Positions 47,714-56,082 of a DNA stretch of 56,082 bases are shown in pieces. Under the pieces are notes generated by a model. The model made no database searches, was not told where the DNA came from, and saw only the letters and a list, made by a program, of their open reading frames with translations. Position numbers and translations under genes: made by a program. Within the stretch, counting starts at the first letter, position 1. Each line of letters starts with the position of its first letter. Source of the DNA: a virus (lineage: Duplodnaviria; Caudoviricetes); the IMG/VR virus record IMGVR_UViG_3300031820_000004, positions 1 to 56,082 of that record; one strand, written 5' to 3'.

Positions 47714-50374
47714 TTATGTCTCTATCTCCGGCGCATACTCCTCCGGCGACGTGAAGAACAAAGAGTGATCCGCATTGCGCCACGTGCTAGCGACAGCCGC
47801 CAGGCACTCCCTCGATGCTCGATTACCATACGCCCTTGGGTCGACCCTGCGCAGATAACGCTTGTACGATCCATCCGGTTCCGGGGTACTATTGCGCATG
47901 TCGACATAGACGATATCCTCGTCGCCACGCACACGCTTGCGCAGCAGTTTGGCGTCACGAAGCCCTATCAGAGGATAGTCTAGAGGTAACTGTTGTACGA
48001 GCTCGCAGCCAGAATCCTGGAGATACCTAAGTGGGCCGTATCTATCGATCATGATACGACGCACCTCGTCATTGGTTTCCTCGGTGATGTGGGTCACTGT
48101 GATAGTTTCCGGCCGCTCGACTACCCAATCAGGGATGCGCACGCCATGGATGGCGTAGACTCCCCACCCATCGGGCCAGACAACAGCCGGACCACTGGGA
48201 TTGTGTAGCCTGTGCGAATTTAGGCCTCGTGGGTGACTGGGGTCAATCAGCTCTCGATGTATCGCCGTCGGCCGCTCGCACACCATCGTAAAATCCTTGT
48301 GAGGATGCCACCAACACGCTGATTGGATTGTGCCCTCATACGCGATAGCTCGCTCCCACAAATCACCTGGCAATTCGAGGCCGCACTCATCGCGGAAGAA
48401 CGAGGTTAGCGCACCGCCCCAATACCAGCCGCCAGGCCAGAATTGCCCTCCAAGATATTGTGTCCAGCCTTTCTCTATGGAGGCACGCAGCATCTGCGGA
48501 GTTATCGCGCTGGTGATGTTACCTACGACATCACGCACAGACCCCTCTACAGCCTTACCCACGGCGCCATATACGGCATACCCTATGGTGCTGCTCACAA
48601 CATCCCCTACCAAAATACTGACTGTATCCCGGAGGACCACTAGCACAGGGCTAGCCACGGCACCACTCACGGCACCACCCACGGAAACACCCACGGCATC
48701 ACTCACGGCATCACTCACGGCACCACGCACGGCACCACGCACGACATCACTCACGGCACCACGCACGACATCACTCACGGCACCCCGCACGGCACCACGC
48801 ACGGCACCACGCACGGCACCACGCACGGCACCATCCACGGCAACACGCACGGTATCCTCTACAGCCGCACCCACGGCACCACGTAAGGCATAACCTACAG
48901 TGCTGCTCACAATATCCCCTTCCGACATACTGACGGTATCCCGAAGCGCCCCTCGCACAGGGCTAGACATTTCCGCGTCTATGACATCACTCACGACACC
49001 GCTCACAGCATCTCGCACGGGGCCATTCACGGCACTACCCACGGCACCATCCACGGTATTACTCACGGCGCCGCCCACGGCACCATGCACGGCATCACTC
49101 ACGACATCATACACAGCACCATCCACGGTATCACTCACGGCGCCGCCCACGGCACCATGCACGGCATCCCTCACGGAACCATTCACGGCACCATCCACGG
49201 CACCACGCACGGCATCCTCTACAGCCGCACCCACGGCACCACGCACGACATCACTCACGGCACCACGCACGGCACCACGCACGACATCACGCACGGCACC
49301 ACGCACGACATCACTCACGGCACCATCCACGGCACCACGCACGGCACCACTCACGGCACCACGCACGGCACCACTCACGGCACCACTCACGGCACCACGC
49401 ACGGCACCACGCACGGCACCACGCACGGCACCACGCACGGCACCATCCACGGAAACACCCACGGCACCACCCACGGAAACACCCACGGCATCACGCACAA
49501 CACCACTCACGGCATCACTCACAGCACCATCCACGGCATCATCCATGGCAACACTCGCGGCACCACGCACGGCATCACCCACGGCACCACGCACGACATC
49601 ACGCACGGCATCACCCACGGCACCACGCACGACATCACGCACGGCATCACGCACGGCACCACCCACGGCACCACGCACGGCAACACGCACGGCACCATCC
49701 ACGGCATCACTCACGGCATCACTCACAGCACCATCCACGGCATCATCCATGGCAACACTCGCGGCACCACGCACGGCATCACTCACGGCATCACCCACGG
49801 CACCACTCACGGCATCACGCACGGCACCACGCACGGCATCACTCACGGGGGCATGTATCGAACTATGTATATCACCATACACAGCACCGCTCACAGCACT
49901 ACTCACAGCACCGTGCAGGACATCGTCTACGGCGCTATCCACGGCGCCCAACGCGGCAACATCTATGGTGTTACGGACGATGTCGCGAATGTTATGCCGG
50001 ACGGTAGCATCGATAGCACTATAAATAGCACTACCCACGGCACCACGCAAGATACTCACGTTATTATGGACGGAATCTATGCTGCCCTGGATTGACTCCC
50101 CGACAGACGCGGCGTCGGATCGTATCGACTGCTGTAGCTGCTCGACCACGTATCCGGCTATCGGCGCAGCAAGGGCTAAGACGAGCGGCGACGATACCCA
50201 TATGACCCGACCAGGCCAAGGAATCTCTGCGAATTCGTAGCAGCGTTTCGCCGAAGTCTCAAACAGTTCGCGATCTGCCGCACCTGTGCGCAAGCCAATC
50301 TCGATCCACTTGTCGGCATGCCCGGACATCGCTGCTTGCTGGGCTGCGGTCAATTGCGTTAATGTCTTTGCCAT
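47714..50374 (-). CDS. DUF6745-like repeat protein, copy 3 (886 aa, long tetrapeptide repeat)
   Basis: C-terminal WWHP..CERP..RLH...GPAV.WPDGW..YAIHG...NDEVRRIMI...NSTPEPDG..Y.RRV; central (G/D)AV(R/S/G/D) repeats. Confidence 0.85.
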   Translation of the reverse strand: MAKTLTQLTAAQQAAMSGHADKWIEIGLRTGAADRELFETSAKRCYEFAEIPWPGRVIWVSSPLVLALAAPIAGYVVEQLQQSIRSDAASVGESIQGSIDSVHNNVSILRGAVGSAIYSAIDATVRHNIRDIVRNTIDVAALGAVDSAVDDVLHGAVSSAVSGAVYGDIHSSIHAPVSDAVRGAVRDAVSGAVGDAVSDAVRGAASVAMDDAVDGAVSDAVSDAVDGAVRVAVRGAVGGAVRDAVRDVVRGAVGDAVRDVVRGAVGDAVRGAASVAMDDAVDGAVSDAVSGVVRDAVGVSVGGAVGVSVDGAVRGAVRGAVRGAVRGAVSGAVSGAVRGAVSGAVRGAVDGAVSDVVRGAVRDVVRGAVRGAVSDVVRGAVGAAVEDAVRGAVDGAVNGSVRDAVHGAVGGAVSDTVDGAVYDVVSDAVHGAVGGAVSNTVDGAVGSAVNGPVRDAVSGVVSDVIDAEMSSPVRGALRDTVSMSEGDIVSSTVGYALRGAVGAAVEDTVRVAVDGAVRGAVRGAVRGAVRGAVSDVVRGAVSDVVRGAVRGAVSDAVSDAVGVSVGGAVSGAVASPVLVVLRDTVSILVGDVVSSTIGYAVYGAVGKAVEGSVRDVVGNITSAITPQMLRASIEKGWTQYLGGQFWPGGWYWGGALTSFFRDECGLELPGDLWERAIAYEGTIQSACWWHPHKDFTMVCERPTAIHRELIDPSHPRGLNSHRLHNPSGPAVVWPDGWGVYAIHGVRIPDWVVERPETITVTHITEETNDEVRRIMIDRYGPLRYLQDSGCELVQQLPLDYPLIGLRDAKLLRKRVRGDEDIVYVDMRNSTPEPDGSYKRYLRRVDPRAYGNRASRECLAAVASTWRNADHSLFFTSPEEYAPEIET
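48640..49850. repeat. 12-nt tandem repeat (CACGGCACCACG-like) encoding GAVR/DAVS/DVVR on the - strand
   Basis: Directly visible, with higher-order block duplications. Confidence 0.95.
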
Positions 50375-50408
50375 GGGTGTCCCCTAAATAGTTACGCAGT
50401 AGACGAAC

Positions 50409-50720
50409 CTAATCTGCTATGCGCCGCAAGACTTCAGGCGTGTATTCCATCTGACTTGGAAGTTTGTACAGTCCTGGTGGAATACCTACTGGGCTATGTT
50501 CCTCGTGCAGCAACTCACTCTGCATCAGAACTTGTAGGAATCGTTCGCCGTTCGCCGTCCATAGCCGCACGGTCGGCGTTTCGACCCGATGGTGATGGCC
50601 GGTCGCCTCGCCCCATGCGAGGATAGTCTTCCCATCAGTGCCCGCAGGCATCTCAGTACACGCAGCGGGCAGGTTGGCAATCGCCACCAACATTACATCT
50701 CCCTGGCGCAATATCCTCAT
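50409..50720 (-). CDS. Small 'RQGDV' partner protein, copy 3
   Basis: RQGDV, LAWGEATGHHH, LLHEEH, QMEYTP; AGGAGG RBS. Confidence 0.85.
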   Translation of the reverse strand: MRILRQGDVMLVAIANLPAACTEMPAGTDGKTILAWGEATGHHHRVETPTVRLWTANGERFLQVLMQSELLHEEHSPVGIPPGLYKLPSQMEYTPEVLRRIAD

Positions 50721-50741
50721 AACATCCTCCTAATATCTGGC

Positions 50742-50927
50742 TCAAAGGTCTTTGGACAAATCGAGCGCCGTAAGAATCTCGGCGCGGCGAACCTCAAACT
50801 TGTAAACAACCTGTTGAAAACCTACAGGTTTAGGTCCCGCTACTCTAAGGTCATCGATGTATAGACAATCGCCCACACGACTGGATACAACTTCTACTAC
50901 GACAGCTTCATTCCCACGCTGGCCCAT
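50742..50927 (-). CDS. Small hypothetical protein, paralog of 1691..1876
   Basis: High amino-acid similarity to 1691..1876; GGAGGGG RBS. Confidence 0.8.
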   Translation of the reverse strand: MGQRGNEAVVVEVVSSRVGDCLYIDDLRVAGPKPVGFQQVVYKFEVRRAEILTALDLSKDL

Positions 50928-50960
50928 TTCCCCTCCTCGATTACGTACTTGCCTGCCATC

Positions 50961-51242
50961 TCATTCTTTTGGGCCGTCGGCGCCGTAGCCGTAGTTGCCG
51001 CAGCCGCCGTAGCCGTAGTAGGAGCCTGAGCCATCACCGGAGGAGCCGTAGCCGTAGCCGTCGCCGCCGCCGCATCCGCAGCCTCCTCCGCCTCCGTCGC
51101 CGTCGGCGTAGCCGGAACCGCAGCCGCCTCCGTCGGCGCCTCCGCAGCCGGAGCCGTAGTTGTCGCCGCCTCCGTAGCCGTCGGCGCCGCCGTAGCCAGC
51201 GCCTCCGCCTCGGCCGTAGCCATCATCGGTCAAGCGCGCCAT
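50961..51242 (-). CDS. Gly-rich (GYG/GDG/GCG) low-complexity protein
   Basis: Alternating G-x repeat; start overlaps the end of 51230..51535. Confidence 0.65.
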   Translation of the reverse strand: MARLTDDGYGRGGGAGYGGADGYGGGDNYGSGCGGADGGGCGSGYADGDGGGGGCGCGGGDGYGYGSSGDGSGSYYGYGGCGNYGYGADGPKE

Positions 51243-51535
51243 ACCGCTACCTCACGGATGGACGACTCGGCCGTTGAAGTCGTGCTAATTATTTCTATGA
51301 CATCCTCTAGGATTATCATCGGCACTGGCGCCGGAAATTTGCATTCGTCCGGCTTGCTTGTGCCATCGATCGCTAGCTGTGATAGTGTTGCCGCGCCTGC
51401 CCAATACCAGATTCGGCGCGCATCGGTCATTGCTACCTCATTGCCGTTTTTTGCGCTCAGGATCCCAGCGAACACGCCAGCATAGCGCGTGCGCACGATT
51501 ACGTACTTACCTATTATCTCATCGATATAGCTCAT
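51230..51535 (-). CDS. DUF6948-like small beta protein
   Basis: GKYVIVRT..AGVFAG...ARRIWYW.GAATLSQLA..G; AGGAGG RBS. Confidence 0.7.
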   Translation of the reverse strand: MSYIDEIIGKYVIVRTRYAGVFAGILSAKNGNEVAMTDARRIWYWAGAATLSQLAIDGTSKPDECKFPAPVPMIILEDVIEIISTTSTAESSIREVAVWRA

Positions 51536-51678
51536 AATTGCCTCCTAAACAATGAATCTAATTGGTGCAACATATTCTCATCACGTTACCTCCTAATATG
51601 CTTGTGTTCCCAACAATCAGCCTACAGTCTTGTGGCTTACGAAAATAGACTCCGAGAGGACTCGACAATATCTCGCAA

Positions 51679-52059
51679 TCAATTACTATGCTGCGTCAAG
51701 CGTGGCGCCTGCTTGTCAGTGCAAAATGTGTGTCCATGCTCGTAATGCGCAATCAATGCATCGAGGCGTGCTAAGGCATCGCGTGTGGTGTTGCCGAAGT
51801 TAAATACCTCCAGCGATTGACCTGTCGTGATACCTAGTGATTTGGCCGCGTTGATATAGGGATGATCCCAGAATTCCGAGGCTAACGAGGATTCGTCGTA
51901 TGGCACGAGCCCTAGCGCTTGCCCAATCGGTGTACGGCACATCGCACCGAGTAGGCATGTGCGAAATCTTCGCATGTTAATTTTGGGTATGTCGTCATGG
52001 ATAGCATCGCGTAGCATGCAGAGTTTTGTAGCGGTATCTAGTGTGATGTCTGTTTTCAT
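51679..52059 (-). CDS. Hypothetical protein
   Basis: AGGAG RBS; 126 aa. Confidence 0.65.
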   Translation of the reverse strand: MKTDITLDTATKLCMLRDAIHDDIPKINMRRFRTCLLGAMCRTPIGQALGLVPYDESSLASEFWDHPYINAAKSLGITTGQSLEVFNFGNTTRDALARLDALIAHYEHGHTFCTDKQAPRLTQHSN

Positions 52060-52125
52060 TTTTGGCTCCTATTACTTATTATTGCGTTTCAAAGTATTTT
52101 GTTAGCTTAGCCGCTGGGGAAGCGA

Positions 52126-52323
52126 CTACTCCGAATCGTCCTCGCTTACCTGCCTGACACCGAACTTCTGCCGTAGCAAGGAATCTAGTTTGTGCAACTG
52201 AGCTATTAATTCCTGCGGAGGAAGCCCTCCCATACTGGATACTAGCCATAGAGCGCAATACACCTGCCACATTTCCGCCATTAACTCACTCACGCTCAAA
52301 TTTTCCATGTCAAGGGGGTCCAT
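52126..52323 (-). CDS. Hypothetical protein
   Basis: GAGGT RBS; 65 aa. Confidence 0.5.
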   Translation of the reverse strand: MDPLDMENLSVSELMAEMWQVYCALWLVSSMGGLPPQELIAQLHKLDSLLRQKFGVRQVSEDDSE

Positions 52324-52344
52324 AACCTACCTCAACCTAAATAA

Positions 52345-52432
52345 GTCCCCGATGTCCGTGTCGGATGAAGGAGACCCCCTTGCGGGGGAGACCGCTCGAC
52401 CCTCCATCACAGACTCTAGGCGCTCGGGGGAC
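52345..52432 (-). ncRNA. Putative structured RNA/DNA element (long bulged hairpin with GCAA tetraloop)
   Basis: Nested helices GUCCCC/GGGGAC, GUCUGUG/CACGGAC, AUGGAGG/CCUUCAU and CCCCC-GCAA-GGGGG in an intergenic gap. Confidence 0.55.
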
Positions 52433-52456
52433 ACCCTCAACTCGGGCCGAGCGAAT

Positions 52457-52879
52457 TCAAAAATTACTTCTCTCATGATGCCTACAAACCAGCTCTATCA
52501 TAGCCCTTCCTACGGATCCCACAACCGCGGGGTCTCCTGGAACATCCTCAGGGGTTGCCTCTTCCCTGATTATGCGACTCCTGCCAGGGACCCCCGCGAA
52601 TATCTTTACGCCCAGCGTAGCTGAAGCTGTTTTCACACAATCGAACCTTTCTCGGAAGCGCATGCCTCGCCAATAGACTCCAGGTTCATCCTCCAGGGCT
52701 CTCGGCTTGACCGAGAGGTAATCCACATCCACTTCCAGCCAGTGCGCATTCTCTGATATGGATTCCAGATTGACGGATACTGCATATTCCGAATTCGCGT
52801 CCACCAATCGCCAGTCTCCCGCCCATGCGAGCACAGACAAACTCAGCCCAAGTGCCCCCAGCAATTTAAACTTCCGCAT
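52457..52879 (-). CDS. Exported protein (surface-adhesin-E-like pattern)
   Basis: Signal peptide; WRLV...VNLESI...RFDC...C pattern. Confidence 0.55.
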   Translation of the reverse strand: MRKFKLLGALGLSLSVLAWAGDWRLVDANSEYAVSVNLESISENAHWLEVDVDYLSVKPRALEDEPGVYWRGMRFRERFDCVKTASATLGVKIFAGVPGRSRIIREEATPEDVPGDPAVVGSVGRAMIELVCRHHERSNF

Positions 52880-53084
52880 TTTTCCGCCTCCTACTCAGGA
52901 CCATGTACACTAGAGTCTTCGCTGCTCTCAGGTCGGGCATCGCCCTATACGCGACGATCTTGTCAGATCCAAGTATCCGGGAATAGTAGAACCCGTTCAG
53001 CTCAGTGATCCAGGCTACGGTTTCCGACCCTAGGAACCCTCGGAACTCTCTCCGGCCCACATACGCCCACTGTAAATGCAGCAT
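52866..53084 (-). CDS. Hypothetical protein
   Basis: AGGAG RBS. Confidence 0.6.
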   Translation of the reverse strand: MLHLQWAYVGRREFRGFLGSETVAWITELNGFYYSRILGSDKIVAYRAMPDLRAAKTLVYMVLSRRRKNAEV

Positions 53085-53114
53085 AGCGTTTCTCCTATTA
53101 TTTCCAGCCAGGCA

Positions 53115-53348
53115 TCAATAGTTGAGGTCTATTTTATGCGAGAAGACCATATCCTTCAGGCTCTGGAATTTTCTAAGGATCTTGTATAACCACACTCGGG
53201 ACCATTTATGACTCCACCCAACATACAAGGAGTAGGGAGTCCTTATGTAAGGGACGCCAGTTCTTCTGCACAGCCACGCCACAGTGGGCGTATCTTGAAA
53301 TGTTGAGCGATATACCACAGGCTGTCGAGTCATTTTAATGGGGGACAC
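53115..53348 (-). CDS. Hypothetical protein
   Basis: AAGGAG RBS downstream of a promoter. Confidence 0.55.
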   Translation of the reverse strand: MSPIKMTRQPVVYRSTFQDTPTVAWLCRRTGVPYIRTPYSLYVGWSHKWSRVWLYKILRKFQSLKDMVFSHKIDLNY

Positions 53349-53380
53349 TTTCTTTCTCCTTTTCTACGGTTGATGTTTGT

Positions 53381-53409
53381 ATACTACACTAACTTTTTCA
53401 AAAACGCAA
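53381..53409 (-). promoter_or_regulatory. sigma70-like early promoter
   Basis: TTGCGT-N17-TAGTAT; the leader contains CATCAAC as in promoter copies A-C. Confidence 0.7.
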
Positions 53410-53416
53410 ACTATTT

Positions 53417-53608
53417 TTAGCGTCCAATCCTGAGCGAGAACCTTACTAAATCTTCCTCTTCTGATTCGATGAAGGAATGCCTAGTTTCCACGATTTCCCG
53501 AGCTTCCCTCAGATGATGCCTAACCCATTGCTCTAAGGTTCCTAGATGCAGAGCTGTCCTTATGGGACGCGAAGACCTATCCTTATCGTCGCTGCTTTCT
53601 TCTTTCAT
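53417..53608 (-). CDS. Hypothetical protein
   Basis: Start MKEESS after AAGGAGGG. Confidence 0.55.
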   Translation of the reverse strand: MKEESSDDKDRSSRPIRTALHLGTLEQWVRHHLREAREIVETRHSFIESEEEDLVRFSLRIGR

Positions 53609-53636
53609 TGCACGCCCTCCTTGGAGTTGGTATGAA

Positions 53637-54977
53637 TCAGCTCTCAAACGCTGGACGATATTCTCTCCAGTCTTTGAAAAGAAGTGCTGTCTCTCTCCCT
53701 TTAATTCTCCATGTCGACGCCATGGCTGCATGACAATTCCGCCCCGCGTCTCCGCCATATTGGTCGTGATCAATCGGGAGAATGTACCTCTTTGTCGTGC
53801 CGTCCAGTTCTGGCGTGCTGTTCAGCATATCAAGTAGATATACATCCTCTCCAGAGCACTTCAGAAGTCGCGCTGTACGCAATCCCTTAATGGGATGATC
53901 ATCAGCGCATATATCCACCATTTCGAAATCAGCGTCTTTGAGGTAGCGCTCATATCCATAGCGGCCGATCATGATGCGCCTTACCTCAGCATTCGTTTCT
54001 GTTTGGATATGTTCCAAAGTTATCCATTCTGGATTCGTAACAACAAAAGCAGGTACTAGAATGCCATGCAAAAAATATAGATTTTCCACATCCGATTCGA
54101 GCGCCGCACACATGTCGTTGTGTAACCGCTTGCCGTTTCCAGTTTGTTCGACGTGCACAGTTGGTTTTGACACCCAATACAACGTATCTTCGGTCCAGTG
54201 CAGCAACCATGCTCCAGCAATGAATGCTTCAAACAGCGGTTCTGACCACTCGCGAACTTTCTCATCATTTCTCTGCACGGCCCCATGAAATGTTGTGACG
54301 ATCCAAGAAAGCTCAAACCGCCAGAAATACCAGCCATACGATTGAATGCACCAATTGGCGAATCGCTTAAACGAAAGGCCCCGTGCGTCCAGTGCGTCCC
54401 GTGCAGCCAGAGCGTCCTGTGCGTCCAGTGCGTCCCGTGCAGCCAGAGCGTCCAGTGCGTCCCGTGCAGCCAGAGCGGCCCGTGCAGCCAGAGCGGCCCG
54501 TGCGTCCCGTGCGTCCCGTGCGGCCCGTGCGTCCAGTGCGACCCTTGCGTCCAGGGCGTCCCGTGCGCCCAGTGCGTCCCGTGCGTCCCGTGCGTCCCGT
54601 GCGTCCCGTGCAGCCAGAGCGTCCCGTGCTTCCCGTGCAGCCAGAGCGTCCCGTGCGGCCCGTGCGTCCAGTGCGTCCAGTGCGACCCTTGCGTCCTGTG
54701 CGTCCCGTGCAGCCAGAGCGGCCCGTGCGTCCCGTGCGGCCCGTGCGTCCCGAGAGTCCTGTGGGCTTCGTTTTGCAAAATCATCCAAAACCGCATTTAC
54801 ATATTTCAATAATGGAGGATGATCTTCTAGCACCCATCCTTGTTCCAACCGAACGACGTTCCTGTCAATCCCGAGAGCTTTTAAATATTTTTTTAGACTT
54901 TTTTCGACAGCATGTTCATCCAATACGCCAGGATAGTTACACACCTCTTTGTATCGCTCTAAATGATTCGCAGACAT
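53637..54977 (-). CDS. DUF6745-like repeat protein, copy 2
   Basis: RLHN, LYFLHG, NAEVRRIMI, NSTPELDG, AMASTW; central DAR/AAL/DAL repeats; ATG after GGAGGG. Confidence 0.85.
   Translation of the reverse strand: MSANHLERYKEVCNYPGVLDEHAVEKSLKKYLKALGIDRNVVRLEQGWVLEDHPPLLKYVNAVLDDFAKRSPQDSRDARAARDARAALAARDAQDARVALDALDARAARDALAAREARDALAARDARDARDARDALGARDALDARVALDARAARDARDARAALAARAALAARDALDALAARDALDAQDALAARDALDARGLSFKRFANWCIQSYGWYFWRFELSWIVTTFHGAVQRNDEKVREWSEPLFEAFIAGAWLLHWTEDTLYWVSKPTVHVEQTGNGKRLHNDMCAALESDVENLYFLHGILVPAFVVTNPEWITLEHIQTETNAEVRRIMIGRYGYERYLKDADFEMVDICADDHPIKGLRTARLLKCSGEDVYLLDMLNSTPELDGTTKRYILPIDHDQYGGDAGRNCHAAMASTWRIKGRETALLFKDWREYRPAFES
54380..54752. repeat. 9-nt tandem repeat (GCGTCCCGT/GCAGCCAGA/GCGTCCAGT) encoding DAR/AAL/DAL on the - strand
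   Basis: Directly visible. Confidence 0.95.
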
Positions 54978-54996
54978 AACACCCTCCAATTGTCAG

Positions 54997-55326
54997 TTAA
55001 TCTTGCACTCGCCTAAGCATATTGTGTGGACCGGCCTCCACTTGAACGCCTATTTCTATTGTTCCAGGTCGCAGCAAAGCGATGCTGTGCTCATCGTGAG
55101 ACAGTTCGCCTTGCTTTAGCAATCGAATGTACCGTTCTGCGGAAGCATCGAATACAGGTTTTTGCGGAATAACTTTTGTCAAAATTTGGTGTTTATGCCC
55201 TGTGGCTTCGCCGAACGCCAAAATGCATGGCTCATCATGAGCTATTACTCTCGGGGCGGTTTCCGTCTGTGCTACGTAAACCAACAATACATCACCCTGC
55301 CGCAATTGGTCAGTGTTCAATTCCAT
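54997..55326 (-). CDS. Small 'RQGDV' partner protein, copy 2
   Basis: RQGDVLL, GEATGHKH, LSHDEH; C-terminal half nearly identical to copy 1. Confidence 0.85.
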   Translation of the reverse strand: MELNTDQLRQGDVLLVYVAQTETAPRVIAHDEPCILAFGEATGHKHQILTKVIPQKPVFDASAERYIRLLKQGELSHDEHSIALLRPGTIEIGVQVEAGPHNMLRRVQD

Positions 55327-55360
55327 TTTAGTTCCTTTCTCGGTTAACATTAATCTCCGC

Positions 55361-55780
55361 TCAAATTACCTCGGCGGGCAGGCCAGCAATGCATTCGTTA
55401 GCCACATCTCGGATATCTGGCATGTCCTCTCCGACTCGATCCGCCAATTCGCGCCCCACATCTTGGATCGCCTTGACCAGCTCGGCGGTGCTAATGGGGC
55501 GATCACACAGGTGGCCGACGTTATGCCGGACACCTTTCGCACCTTGCCAGCGTGTCGTGTAATCGTACCTGCCGTATACGATCGCGCGGCCATCAGCATG
55601 CTGACGTACAGTGATGTGGATGCGCCTCGTCTGAGTGGCTTGACATTCGTATTGTCCGTCCCATGTCGCATAGGATCCTTTCGCGAGGATCGGCCATTCG
55701 TCCTCACGTATTTTGACGGGTTGGCGGTCGGTTAAGGTAATGGTCCGATATTTGGGTTGTGCTTGGGTTTCCATGGTCAT
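55361..55780 (-). CDS. Hypothetical protein
   Basis: AAGGAG RBS directly after promoter copy C. Confidence 0.75.
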   Translation of the reverse strand: MTMETQAQPKYRTITLTDRQPVKIREDEWPILAKGSYATWDGQYECQATQTRRIHITVRQHADGRAIVYGRYDYTTRWQGAKGVRHNVGHLCDRPISTAELVKAIQDVGRELADRVGEDMPDIRDVANECIAGLPAEVI

Positions 55781-55796
55781 CTCCTTCAGTTAAGAG

Positions 55797-55853
55797 TTCA
55801 GTGCAGTTGATGAGTAACATCTTAGTATAAATTTATTAGTATGTCAAATAATA
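55797..55853 (-). promoter_or_regulatory. Repeated early promoter/leader, copy C
   Basis: TTGACA-N17-TAAGAT plus CATCAACTGCACTGAA. Confidence 0.85.
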
Positions 55854-55864
55854 TCTCGATATAA

Positions 55865-56082
55865 TTAGCTCTCGAATGCTGGCCGATAATCTTTCCAATT
55901 CTTAAACAAAAGCTCAGTTTCTCTACCTTTGATCCTCCATGTAGATGCCATTGCCGCATGACAGTTTCGACCAGCTTCTCCATCATATTGGTCGTGATCA
56001 ATCGGGAGAATGTACCTCTTTGTCGTGCCGTCCAGTTCTGGCGTGCTGTTCAGCATATCAAGTAGATATACATCCTCTCCAG
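55865..56082 (-). CDS. DUF6745-like repeat protein, copy 1, C-terminal part
   Basis: GEDVYLLDMLNSTPELDG...YRPAFES*, paralogous to 53637..53854 and in frame with 1..910. Confidence 0.85.
   Translation of the reverse strand, partial: GEDVYLLDMLNSTPELDGTTKRYILPIDHDQYDGEAGRNCHAAMASTWRIKGRETELLFKNWKDYRPAFES

Noticed and set aside
48330-50095. Long + strand ORFs (TAPR and HGTT repeats)
   Set aside because: Antisense shadows of the 12-nt repeat in 47714..50374.
53637-56082. Diversity-generating retroelement (paralogous repeats as TR/VR)
   Set aside because: No reverse transcriptase is present, and differences between copies are not adenine-restricted and are often synonymous.
1-56082. Alternative genetic code or stop-codon reassignment
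   Set aside because: Long genes are intact in the standard code and TAA, TAG and TGA all end genes; the one broken core gene is explained by introns.

Overview
The window is a near-complete, probably circular ~56 kb genome of a tailed dsDNA phage with a P22-like podovirus head/tail/ejection module. Its sigma70-type promoters and lipoprotein-containing lysis cassette suggest a Gram-negative host. The + strand (5.3-39.5 kb) carries packaging, structural, lysis and ejection genes. The - strand (39.6 kb, wrapping round to 5.0 kb) carries replication genes (PolA, SNF2 helicase, nucleases, primase-helicase) and an early accessory region. No integrase is recognisable. Main points: (1) the major capsid gene is split into three exons by two almost identical group I introns whose internal guide sequences each match their own exon junction, and it is bracketed by a free-standing GIY-YIG endonuclease and a homing-endonuclease remnant; (2) three paralogous two-gene cassettes pair a small His-motif 'RQGDV' protein with a DUF6745-like protein carrying a different tandem-repeat insert, in a region punctuated by a repeated ~60 bp promoter/leader element; (3) a mini-intein in TerL; (4) a degenerate Ala-type tRNA, two structured RNA candidates, periodic repeats around terS, and a recurring x-A-x-G-G motif in putative internal virion proteins. 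All family assignments come from motif recognition, not database searches.
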